This document shows, in pieces, positions 1 through 8,413 of a stretch of DNA of 64,000 nt (position 1 is its first letter; each line of letters starts with the position of its first letter). Below the pieces are notes generated by a model that worked only from the letters and a program-made list of their open reading frames with translations, was not told where the DNA came from and did not search any database. The position numbers were made by a program, and so were the translations under genes. Source of the stretch: Bacilli bacterium. Lineage in GTDB: Bacteria > Bacillota_I > Bacilli_A > JBKEDG01. Location: assembly GCA_047975285.1 (NCBI GenBank), contig JBKEDG010000052.1:1415-65414 (forward strand), in the 5' to 3' direction.

Positions 1-2
1 TA

Positions 3-1337
3 ATGCCTGAATCAAAGAAAAATGAAATTCTCGCTTTTTTAGAATTAGGGCTAGAAGATTTGAGTGTTACAAGAACTAGTTTTGAATGGGGAATTAAAAC
101 AAAAAATGATTCCAAACATGTTATATATGTTTGGATTGATGCTCTATCAAATTATATATCAGCTCTAAAATACCCAGATGGGGATTTATTTAACGAATAT
201 TGGAACAATGGTGATATATTACATGTTGTTGGTAAAGATATTGTTAGGTTTCATACTATATATTGGCCAATTATGTTGATGTGTCTTGATATTAAACTAC
301 CAACTACTATTTTTTCTCATGGATTTATAATGATGGGGGATGATAAAATGAGTAAATCTAAAGGAAATGTTGTTTTTCCTAGAGATTATAGTGAGAGTTA
401 CGGAGTTGACCCATTAAGATACTATTTATTATCTGAATTAGCAAATGGAAATGATGGAAGTTTTACTTTTGAAAGATTTATAGAAAAATATAATTATGAT
501 TTAGTTAATGACTTGAGTAATTTAGTTAATCGTTGTGCAAATATGTGTTGTAAATATTTTGATGATGCAATTGTCTATAACTCATTATATTGTGATGATT
601 ATGAAAACAATTTATGGAGCAGTTTTAATGAAATTGTCAATAGATATCATAATGCGATGAAAGATTATGATACTAAGAAAGCACTTTTAATTATATGGGA
701 ATTTATTTCTAAAACGAACAAATTTATTGATGAAACAGAACCATGGAAAGTAGTTAATGATGATAGGGTAAAACTAATGAATATTTTATATAATTTAGTT
801 GAAAGTTTAAGGAATATTTCACTTTTAATTAGTCCGTTTATCAACGAAACGGCACAAAAAATTATAGAGCAATTTAATTTTGATAGTGATATAAGGTTTG
901 TTAATCTTGAACATCAAAAAAATCATAGTTTTAAAGTTAATCAACCAAACATTATATATAAAAGACTTAATTTAGCGGAGGAAATCGAAAAGATGAATAA
1001 TACAGATCCAGAAAAAAAAGAATTAATTACAATAGATGACTTTGATAAACTTGAACTTAGGGTTGCAAATATAGTTGATTGTTGTAAGCATCCAAATGCT
1101 GATAAATTACTACTTTTCAAATTAAAAGTAGGTGATGAAGAAAGACAGATTTGTAGTGGAATTGCAAAATTTTATAATCCAAGCGACTTAATAGGAAAAA
1201 ACGTTGTTATTGTTGCAAACTTAAAACCTGTTAAATTAAGAGGAGAATTAAGTGAAGGAATGATTTTATCTGCAGAGTTTGGAGAAGAGTTAAATATTTT
1301 AGAATCTATTGCTAAAAGTGGAGCAGTAGTGTATTAA
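3..1337 (+). CDS. metG: Methionyl-tRNA synthetase, C-terminal part (5' end truncated by the window edge)
   Basis: KMSKSKGN class-I signature, anticodon-binding helical domain, C-terminal EMAP/Trbp111-type tRNA-binding domain (..HPNADKLLLFKLKVGDEERQICSGIA..); no start codon, ORF runs off the window edge. Confidence 0.9.
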   Translation: MPESKKNEILAFLELGLEDLSVTRTSFEWGIKTKNDSKHVIYVWIDALSNYISALKYPDGDLFNEYWNNGDILHVVGKDIVRFHTIYWPIMLMCLDIKLPTTIFSHGFIMMGDDKMSKSKGNVVFPRDYSESYGVDPLRYYLLSELANGNDGSFTFERFIEKYNYDLVNDLSNLVNRCANMCCKYFDDAIVYNSLYCDDYENNLWSSFNEIVNRYHNAMKDYDTKKALLIIWEFISKTNKFIDETEPWKVVNDDRVKLMNILYNLVESLRNISLLISPFINETAQKIIEQFNFDSDIRFVNLEHQKNHSFKVNQPNIIYKRLNLAEEIEKMNNTDPEKKELITIDDFDKLELRVANIVDCCKHPNADKLLLFKLKVGDEERQICSGIAKFYNPSDLIGKNVVIVANLKPVKLRGELSEGMILSAEFGEELNILESIAKSGAVVY

Positions 1338-1340
1338 TGA

Positions 1341-1380
1341 AAAAGAGAATAACTGTAAAATACAGGAATTCTCTTTTTTT
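1341..1380. terminator. Hairpin plus T-run between convergent metG and the 1394-2824 gene
   Basis: AAGAGAAT ... ATTCTCTT inverted repeat followed by TTTTTTT. Confidence 0.45.
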
Positions 1381-1393
1381 ATATTCATTTCAA

Positions 1394-2824
1394 CTATTTA
1401 TATCTATAGCTTAGGATGGGCGTTAATATCAAGCTATATGTTATAGCAACTAAAGTAAAAATTGATATTTCATCAATTGTTAAAATATTGTACATAAAGT
1501 ATAAATTATGTGTAATTATTGGCAGAATAATTATTAAGAAAATCAATAAAAGAATTTTAAAATCAATTTTATCAATAAAAATTAAAATCATAGTTAATAA
1601 TACAAGAGTTAATATTAAAATTGATATTACTTGTGAAAATAATACTAAGTTTATAACAACTAGCAAAATATTAGAAGTTATAGTTAAAATAATATTTTCC
1701 TTTTTATTTATTTTGTAGTGATTTTGTGATATCTTATTGGTTATAAAAGTTGAAATTAATATTATTATAAGGACAGATCCAAATATTAATTCTTTTAAGT
1801 AATTTATACCAAACTTATCAAGAAAATATGCAAATTCATTAATTGCTATAATATATGTCATAATTGGAATTATTAATGTAGACATGTTTAAAATTAAATA
1901 TTTACCAATCTTTTTAAAATTAAGATTTGATTTATTTTTATAAAGATAGCATATATACATTAAAATTGAAATGATGGCTAGTCCGTTTATTACATTATTT
2001 GAAATGCTAATAAAACTATCAAAATAATTAAAGTAGGATACCTTACTACTAGAATTACTAAAATTATACTCATGTGCTCCTGCTGCTAACTCATTAATTG
2101 TATTTATAAATAAGTTTTTAGAATTATCATTGAATTTTGAAATATTACCATACAGATCACTTGAAGTATTATTAAATATCCCAAAAGAAGCAAAATTATT
2201 AGTATTTGGATTAGAATGACCTAATTCAAAATCAGAAAAACCTGATTTAGATGTAACATATGATTTATAAAAATTAATTATATTTTGATCATTAGAACTA
2301 TTATATAAGTAAAGTTCTCCACTATTTCCTGATGTGTTAAACGAGAATAAATAATCTATTGTTTTATATAATTTTTTATTATTTTTAATATAATCAATAT
2401 TACTATCTAGTGTATCTAAAGAATCGTTAGTAAAAATAAAAATTAAATTATTATTAGAATTATGATTATTGTATGTTTGAATTGCCCCAATAAATGAACT
2501 AACAGCTATAGAATTATTATTATCTAATGAATTATAATTGCTGACGACGTACTTAGTTATGAATCCAATAGTTTTTGCATTTGTATTCTTAGAAAATTTT
2601 TTTACAATGATTGAATTATTATCTTTAGAAACTTCTACATCATATTTACTTACTTCAGCAAGTATGTAGTTATATACAGTATCATAGCTGTTTGAATAGG
2701 TATTTATTCTTTCAACATGTCTGTTTACTGCATTGTAATTTACATTATATTTAAAATTTGCTTTTGTATTAATAAAAAAACAAGATATTAAGATTATTAT
2801 TATACAAATAATATATTTTTTCAT
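1394..2824 (-). CDS. Hypothetical membrane protein: lipoprotein-type signal, N/S-rich extracytoplasmic domain, C-terminal about 6-TM domain
   Basis: Long ORF with N-terminal MKKYIICIIIILISC (lipobox-like LISC), about 270 aa polar Asn/Ser-rich region, then multiple hydrophobic helices; no family recognised. Confidence 0.5.
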   Translation of the reverse strand: MKKYIICIIIILISCFFINTKANFKYNVNYNAVNRHVERINTYSNSYDTVYNYILAEVSKYDVEVSKDNNSIIVKKFSKNTNAKTIGFITKYVVSNYNSLDNNNSIAVSSFIGAIQTYNNHNSNNNLIFIFTNDSLDTLDSNIDYIKNNKKLYKTIDYLFSFNTSGNSGELYLYNSSNDQNIINFYKSYVTSKSGFSDFELGHSNPNTNNFASFGIFNNTSSDLYGNISKFNDNSKNLFINTINELAAGAHEYNFSNSSSKVSYFNYFDSFISISNNVINGLAIISILMYICYLYKNKSNLNFKKIGKYLILNMSTLIIPIMTYIIAINEFAYFLDKFGINYLKELIFGSVLIIILISTFITNKISQNHYKINKKENIILTITSNILLVVINLVLFSQVISILILTLVLLTMILIFIDKIDFKILLLIFLIIILPIITHNLYFMYNILTIDEISIFTLVAITYSLILTPILSYRYK

Positions 2825-3453
2825 AAACTCACCTCTTTATAAAACTGTTTTATAATTATAACATATTTTACATAAAATTGTTATTTTACTACTAAAAATT
2901 AGCACTTATATACTTGTAAATGAAGAAAGACTAATTATTTAAAAAATTAAATTAAATGATGTATTATGATTTAAGCAATATATAAATTAGTAATTTGCTC
3001 TTAAATAATTTTTACTTTATTTGGATTGAGTCAAGTTATAAATAAATTGGAATGTTATTACTTCTTTTTAAATATTTTTTAATTTACCATACATTTTATT
3101 TAAATCAATATTTTTATTAATTTTAATGAAATAGTTGATATAATAATTTCAATATCAGAATATAAATTATGGTGGAGCAAAAACGAAAGTTTATATTTAG
3201 TAAGTAAATTGTTCATTACAACCATTGAAACGATCATTTTACTGTTTTAGATCTATTTTAGATATTTGGATCTTATAAATATATATTTTACATAAAATTA
3301 CCATTTATATATAATTTTCAATCTTTTCAATCATAATATTCAGTATTTACTTGATGGGGATACCTATTAACTAATTTATATGTTATACTCTAAATAGATG
3401 AGATACTGTACATGTGATTATCTGCTACAATATGAATAAAGGATGTGATAAAA

Positions 3454-4187
3454 TGAATGTAACAGAATTACTCACTAATAAAATGAGATTACCGGATTTT
3501 GCGGTAAGAAATCAGGCTTTATCAGAAATTTGTGAGATAATAATTAATGATAAAATTACTAAAGAAGGAAAATTATTAGTTTTAGATTATAGTTTAAAAA
3601 TTCTATTTGTTGATGTTGGGAAAACTGTTAATAATTACTATAGGAGTTCCAATCTTTGTGTTATTCAGTGTATTTTGGAAGATAACTTGGATAAAAATTA
3701 TATTGAAGATGACAAATTAGTGCAATTATTTTCAATAATGATTGAATACTTATCGCTTGAATTTATAGAATTAGGCTACGATAATAAATTCGGTATGATA
3801 CATACTTTAGCTCACATTGCTGATGTATTTGTTACATTATTTGATTATAAATGTATTAATAACTCAGAAAATTTTAAAAAATATTTTGAACTAGTTGTTG
3901 ATCGATATTGTTCATTGAACTATGTATTCATTACTGATGAAGCTGCTAGAATTTTAAGGGTATTTAATACTTATTATATTAATTTTAATAACGTTGAATA
4001 TATTATTGGATTTTTAGATGAATATAAAAGTAGATTAACTAAAGGTATTAAGGGTCTAAATCAGAGACAAAATTATTATAATTTTTTACATACGTTACAT
4101 TTTTTTACAAATGATATGGAATTATTGAGATTTATAGTTGAAGAATTAGAAAGAAAATATAAGAGGTATATAGATGGAATACTATAA
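3454..4187 (+). CDS. Hypothetical alpha-helical cytoplasmic protein, translationally coupled to proC
   Basis: ORF with AAAGGATG SD 6 nt before ATG at 3454 (MNVTELL..), extended -10 TGtTATACT promoter near 3375-3386; 14-nt overlap with downstream proC; no recognisable motif. Confidence 0.5.
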
Positions 4188-4932
4188 TATTGGATTCATT
4201 GGGTTTGGAAATATGGGAAAAGCTTTAGGTTTAGGTCTTATATCAAAAAATTATAATGTATATTATAATGATTTAATAGATATGGAAATTAGTGGAGTAA
4301 CTTATGCAGATGTTGAAACTATTTTATCCAAATGCAAGTATATTGTATTAGCCATTAAACCATATCACTATGAAGAATTCTTGAATAATCATGATGTTAG
4401 GAATAATATTATTATTTCAATCGCTGCTGGTATTACATCTGCATTTATGGAAAAATTTTGTAATAAATTTATCTTAACTATGCCAAATACTCCGGCGACT
4501 TTAAAATTAGGTTATACAGTTATGGTGAAAAATGATCAGTTAACAGATGATGAATTTGAAACTGTCAGAGTTTTTTTTAATAGTGTTGGTAAAACAAAAA
4601 TAATCAATGAGGAAGAACTATCAAAATATATTTGCTTAAGTGGAAGCTCTCCGGCCTATTTCTTTATGTATATTGATTGCTTATCAACTGCTATGTCAAA
4701 ATTAGGAATTGAAAAAACTGAATCCGAGAAAATTTTAGCACATGTAATGAAAGCTACTTCAGAGATGCTTTTACAAGAGGGAAATAGTGCAAAACAATTA
4801 TATGAAAATGTATGTAGTCCTAATGGAACAACAATTGAAGCAATAAATGTTTTTAAAGATAATAAATTCGAAGAGATATGTTATAATGCAATAAAAAATT
4901 GCTTTGAAAAAGCTGAGAAAATGAAAAAATGA
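4174..4932 (+). CDS. proC: Pyrroline-5-carboxylate reductase
   Basis: N-terminal Rossmann IGFIGFGNMGKAL, SGSSPAYFFMYIDCL motif typical of ProC, length 252 aa; AGAGGTA SD. Confidence 0.8.
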   Translation: MEYYNIGFIGFGNMGKALGLGLISKNYNVYYNDLIDMEISGVTYADVETILSKCKYIVLAIKPYHYEEFLNNHDVRNNIIISIAAGITSAFMEKFCNKFILTMPNTPATLKLGYTVMVKNDQLTDDEFETVRVFFNSVGKTKIINEEELSKYICLSGSSPAYFFMYIDCLSTAMSKLGIEKTESEKILAHVMKATSEMLLQEGNSAKQLYENVCSPNGTTIEAINVFKDNKFEEICYNAIKNCFEKAEKMKK

Positions 4933-4960
4933 TTTAAAATTAATTAAATCATTTTTTTAC
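4930..4960. terminator. Bidirectional hairpin between convergent proC and the adenosyltransferase gene
   Basis: TGATTTAA-AATTAATT-AAATCA inverted repeat then TTTTTTT. Confidence 0.45.
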
Positions 4961-5478
4961 ATTTTAACTTCAATAAGTTCAATATTATTTATGGTATTTT
5001 CATAACACGCAATAATGTAAATAAAATCTGACAATCTATTAATATATGTTAAGACATCACCATTGAAATCAAATTTTTTAGAAACTTTTACTATTTTTCT
5101 TTCACATTCTCGGCAAATACATCTACAAATATGTAAGTTGGAAGCTGTAATATTACCTCCTGGGAGTACAAAATGGTTGAAATTTTCAATTTTTGTTGTA
5201 AATTTATCAATACATTCCTCTAACCAGTCAATTTCACTGTATTTAACCTTATATTTTGATGAATCAGTCTGTGCTAAATCGTGACTAACGATAAATAGAT
5301 AGTTAGAAATTCTAATTAAGTATTCATCGTATTTTGGTTCAATACTTCTTACCAAATTTAGATGAGAATTAAGAGTGTCAATAGTTCCATATGCATCAAC
5401 TCTTAAATCATCTTTAAATACACGTTCACCAATTATACTAGTTGTTCCTTTATCACCTGTTTTTGTATAGACTTTCAT
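4957..5478 (-). CDS. pduO: ATP:cob(I)alamin adenosyltransferase, PduO-type
   Basis: MKVYTKTGDKGTTSIIGERVFKDDLRVDAYGTIDTLNSHL matches the PduO/MMAB N-terminal signature; AAGGAGAA SD; last gene of the riboswitch-led operon. Confidence 0.85.
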   Translation of the reverse strand: MKVYTKTGDKGTTSIIGERVFKDDLRVDAYGTIDTLNSHLNLVRSIEPKYDEYLIRISNYLFIVSHDLAQTDSSKYKVKYSEIDWLEECIDKFTTKIENFNHFVLPGGNITASNLHICRCICRECERKIVKVSKKFDFNGDVLTYINRLSDFIYIIACYENTINNIELIEVKM

Positions 5479-5488
5479 AATTTTCTCC

Positions 5489-6238
5489 TTATTCCCATAA
5501 CTTTAATAAAGTTTGCATCCATTCTTTTACATCAACACCGTATACATTTTTTAGTCTAGAACTGGTTAGGATTTCTTTGCAGTTTCCATAATAGAAGTTA
5601 TGTTCATTGTCAATAAGCATAACTTTATCAGCATATTTTTGTACTAAGTTTAAATCATGTAATACAACAATGGCAATCTTATTTTCTTTTTTCACCCAGT
5701 TCTTAATAAAAGATAATATTTCAAATTGATGTTTTAAATCAAGGTGATTTGTTGGCTCATCTAACATAATAATTTTTGGGTCTTGTACAATAAGTCGTGA
5801 AATCATTACTCTTTGATATTGTCCACCACTAATTTGATCAATTCTTTGATATTTTACGTCATATAAATCTGTTAACTTTAATGCATCTGATATTACTTCA
5901 TCTTCAACATCTACCTTAAATAGACCATTACTTTTTGAGTATGCTCCCATTGACACTGTATCATATATTGAATATGAAAAATAATTTGCTTTATTTTGTG
6001 ATAACAATCCAACCACTTCACCTAATTTTTTATGTGTTAGGCTTTTTAAATCAGTTTTATTATACAAGATATTCCCTTCATAATCAATAGTGTTGTTAAT
6101 TGATTTAAGTAAAGTTGATTTTCCACAACCATTAGGGCCAACAATACATAAAATTTCGCCATCTTCAATTTTAAAAGAAAAGTTTTTTAGAATTTTTTTG
6201 TTTTTATACCCAGTACTTAAATTTTTTATTTGTAACAT
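5489..6238 (-). CDS. btuD: ABC transporter ATP-binding protein (BtuD/FecE-type, cobalamin/iron-siderophore class)
   Basis: Walker A GPNGCGKST, ABC signature LSGGQYQR, Walker B IIMLDEPTNHLD; TAATG stop/start overlap with the upstream permease. Confidence 0.85.
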   Translation of the reverse strand: MLQIKNLSTGYKNKKILKNFSFKIEDGEILCIVGPNGCGKSTLLKSINNTIDYEGNILYNKTDLKSLTHKKLGEVVGLLSQNKANYFSYSIYDTVSMGAYSKSNGLFKVDVEDEVISDALKLTDLYDVKYQRIDQISGGQYQRVMISRLIVQDPKIIMLDEPTNHLDLKHQFEILSFIKNWVKKENKIAIVVLHDLNLVQKYADKVMLIDNEHNFYYGNCKEILTSSRLKNVYGVDVKEWMQTLLKLWE

Positions 6239-7224
6239 TATTTTTTTCTCCTCATTATAAATATTATTGCAAAAAATGGTGCTCCAATTAAAGCAGTTAT
6301 TGCACCAACTGGAAGCTCAATAGGAGGTGCTATTGTTCTTGCAAGTAAATCCGTTGCAATTAAGAATCCGCCACCAATCATAATTGATAAAGGAATAGTA
6401 ATTACATGGTTAGATCCAAACACTTTTCTGCATATATGAGGAACAACAAGTCCAACAAATCCTATTACACCGCATATTGAAACAGCACAAGCGGTTAATA
6501 GTGATGTTAAAATCATAATTTCGTTCTTTAGTTTTTTTACATTAACACCTAGACTATGTGCATCATCTTCTCCAAAACTTAATATGTCAAGTTGTTTACT
6601 CCTAATGAATAAATATATTGAACATATTATAAAAAATGGTAAAATCAGAATAATATCTTGCCAACCTTTCATAGCAATAGAACCAGATAAAAATAACAGA
6701 ATTTGTTTTGAATTTTCTAAATTTAATAGCATAATTAAAGAAATAAGTGCACCAAGAAGTAGGGAAAGAATCATTCCTGTAAGCACAATAGTTTCATTTC
6801 CTAGATTATTATCAATTAACGATACAAATTTTATAATGAAATATATAGTGATAAGTGCACCTAAAAAAGCAATTATTTGTGTTGTGTAGATACCAAGAAA
6901 ATTTAATTTTAATACAATAGCAATTGTTGCAGAAAGTCCAGCACCATTTGATATTCCAAGTGTATATGGACTTGCTAGCGGGTTTTTTAATAACGATTGA
7001 ATACATAGACCACTGATGCTTAATGAACCTCCTACAATAAATGCAAGAAATACTCTTGGAAATCTTATTTTCAAAATTATTGTATTAACAATTGTATTGT
7101 CTCCAAGATCACTTATAGTTAGATTACTGCTCCCAAACATTACTCCTGCAAAAATAATTAGTATTAATACGATTAATGTTATTATGAATTTATTACTGTT
7201 TTTCATTATGGATAGCTTTTGCAA
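6238..7224 (-). CDS. btuC: ABC transporter permease, FecCD/BtuC family
   Basis: About 9 hydrophobic helices, FecCD-type composition, between a binding-protein gene and an ATPase gene; start uncertain (TTG at 7224 or ATG at 7206). Confidence 0.8.
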   Translation of the reverse strand: MQKLSIMKNSNKFIITLIVLILIIFAGVMFGSSNLTISDLGDNTIVNTIILKIRFPRVFLAFIVGGSLSISGLCIQSLLKNPLASPYTLGISNGAGLSATIAIVLKLNFLGIYTTQIIAFLGALITIYFIIKFVSLIDNNLGNETIVLTGMILSLLLGALISLIMLLNLENSKQILLFLSGSIAMKGWQDIILILPFFIICSIYLFIRSKQLDILSFGEDDAHSLGVNVKKLKNEIMILTSLLTACAVSICGVIGFVGLVVPHICRKVFGSNHVITIPLSIMIGGGFLIATDLLARTIAPPIELPVGAITALIGAPFFAIIFIMRRKK

Positions 7225-8059
7225 TTTCTTCCATTCCTATAATAAATTTACATGATGGTCTGCTTGTTTCATCTGTTGCAACTTTAAAAACTGTATTATT
7301 TTTAACAGCAGAAATATTATCAAATCCATCTCTACTTAATATTTCATCAATAGGATTGTCAATGTAATTTACGTTTGTGATTATAACATCCGGATTCTCT
7401 TCAATGATTGTTTCAGCGCTTGGAGAAAAATAATCTTTTTCCACATCATTAAAAATATTTTCACCGCCAACTAAAGTTATAATTTCATTTAAAAACGATG
7501 ATTTTCCTGGTGTATAAATGTTAGGAGCAGGTGCGATTTCCATATATACTTTCTTTATAGTTTTATTACTATATTTATTTGTAATATCCTCTACTTTAGT
7601 TTTTAACTCATCAACTAAATTATCGCTAGCATCAGTATTATCTAAAGCTTTTCCTACTTCTGAAATACCTAAATAAATATCGTCGATGCTATTGGCACCA
7701 GAAATAGGAATTACTTTAATGCCCTCATCTTCAAAAATAGAGTACCCTGACTTTTTATCTCCTTCATAATTGTAATCAGCAACAAGGATATGAGTTGGTT
7801 GCAGTAATAATATCTCTTCAGTATTTAAAGTCATAGCATCTAAAGTAGTTAAATCTTTTGTTTCATCAAAAATCGAATACGTATCAACAGCAATTAGTGT
7901 ATCTTCCATACCTAATCCAATAATGTTTTCTGTAATACTTGGAGCAAGACTTATAACTTTATAATCACTATAGTCCTTTTCATTCACTTCGCTTTTTTTA
8001 CTTTCACATCCAATAAATAATAAGGATATTGTAGTAAACAGTACTAATAATTTTTTCAT
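7193..8059 (-). CDS. btuF: Cobalamin/siderophore-type periplasmic binding lipoprotein (BtuF-like)
   Basis: AAGGAGGAAAAC SD before ATG at 8059; lipoprotein signal MKKLLVLFTTISLLFIGC; class III substrate-binding-protein composition; first gene after the cobalamin riboswitch. Confidence 0.8.
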   Translation of the reverse strand: MKKLLVLFTTISLLFIGCESKKSEVNEKDYSDYKVISLAPSITENIIGLGMEDTLIAVDTYSIFDETKDLTTLDAMTLNTEEILLLQPTHILVADYNYEGDKKSGYSIFEDEGIKVIPISGANSIDDIYLGISEVGKALDNTDASDNLVDELKTKVEDITNKYSNKTIKKVYMEIAPAPNIYTPGKSSFLNEIITLVGGENIFNDVEKDYFSPSAETIIEENPDVIITNVNYIDNPIDEILSRDGFDNISAVKNNTVFKVATDETSRPSCKFIIGMEEIAKAIHNEKQ

Positions 8060-8067
8060 GTTTTCCT

Positions 8068-8300
8068 CCTTAAAAATATAAAAACTTATTAACACCTAGA
8101 TGCTAATAAGTAAACAAATGTATACTTATTTTCTCGCACCCAGGAGATGAATAACATTTATATAGGCAGGTCTACTGGCTTAACTTCATCTTACTCTAGT
8201 ACCTTCCCGATTAATTAATAATCAGTGGTTATTACTATTTTATCAGTATCACAGTTGCTGGGGCAGCTTAGGATTACCTAATTCCCTTTTAAGTTTAAAC
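8068..8300 (-). promoter_or_regulatory. Cobalamin (AdoCbl) riboswitch with an intrinsic-terminator expression platform
   Basis: Minus strand reads AAAAGGGAATTAGGTAATCCTAAGCTGCCCCAGCAACTGTGA ... AAGCCAGTAGACCTGCC (B12 box) ... CTCCTGGGTGCGAG; downstream CTTATTA-12nt-TAATAAG hairpin plus TTTTTATATTTTT directly before the btuF RBS. Confidence 0.85.
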
Positions 8301-8413
8301 ACCTATATAACTATTTATTAAGTTTCATTTAAAATTATAATATCTATTTGCTAGGATGTCAAGTGTTGTATATTTTAATTATTTACAGTATAATGATATT
8401 AAGAGGTGAGAAA

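Noticed and set aside
1416-1718. 100-aa ORF antisense to the 1394-2824 membrane-protein gene
   Set aside because: It lies entirely inside a longer, better-supported gene on the opposite strand. It has an Ile/Lys/Asn-rich low-complexity translation typical of AT-rich antisense frames and no RBS.
5063-7255. Antisense ORFs 5063-5284, 6584-6889, 6812-7006 and 7016-7255 within the pduO/btuD/btuC genes
   Set aside because: All are embedded antisense in ABC-transporter and adenosyltransferase genes that have strong motif support. None has an SD or a conserved motif.
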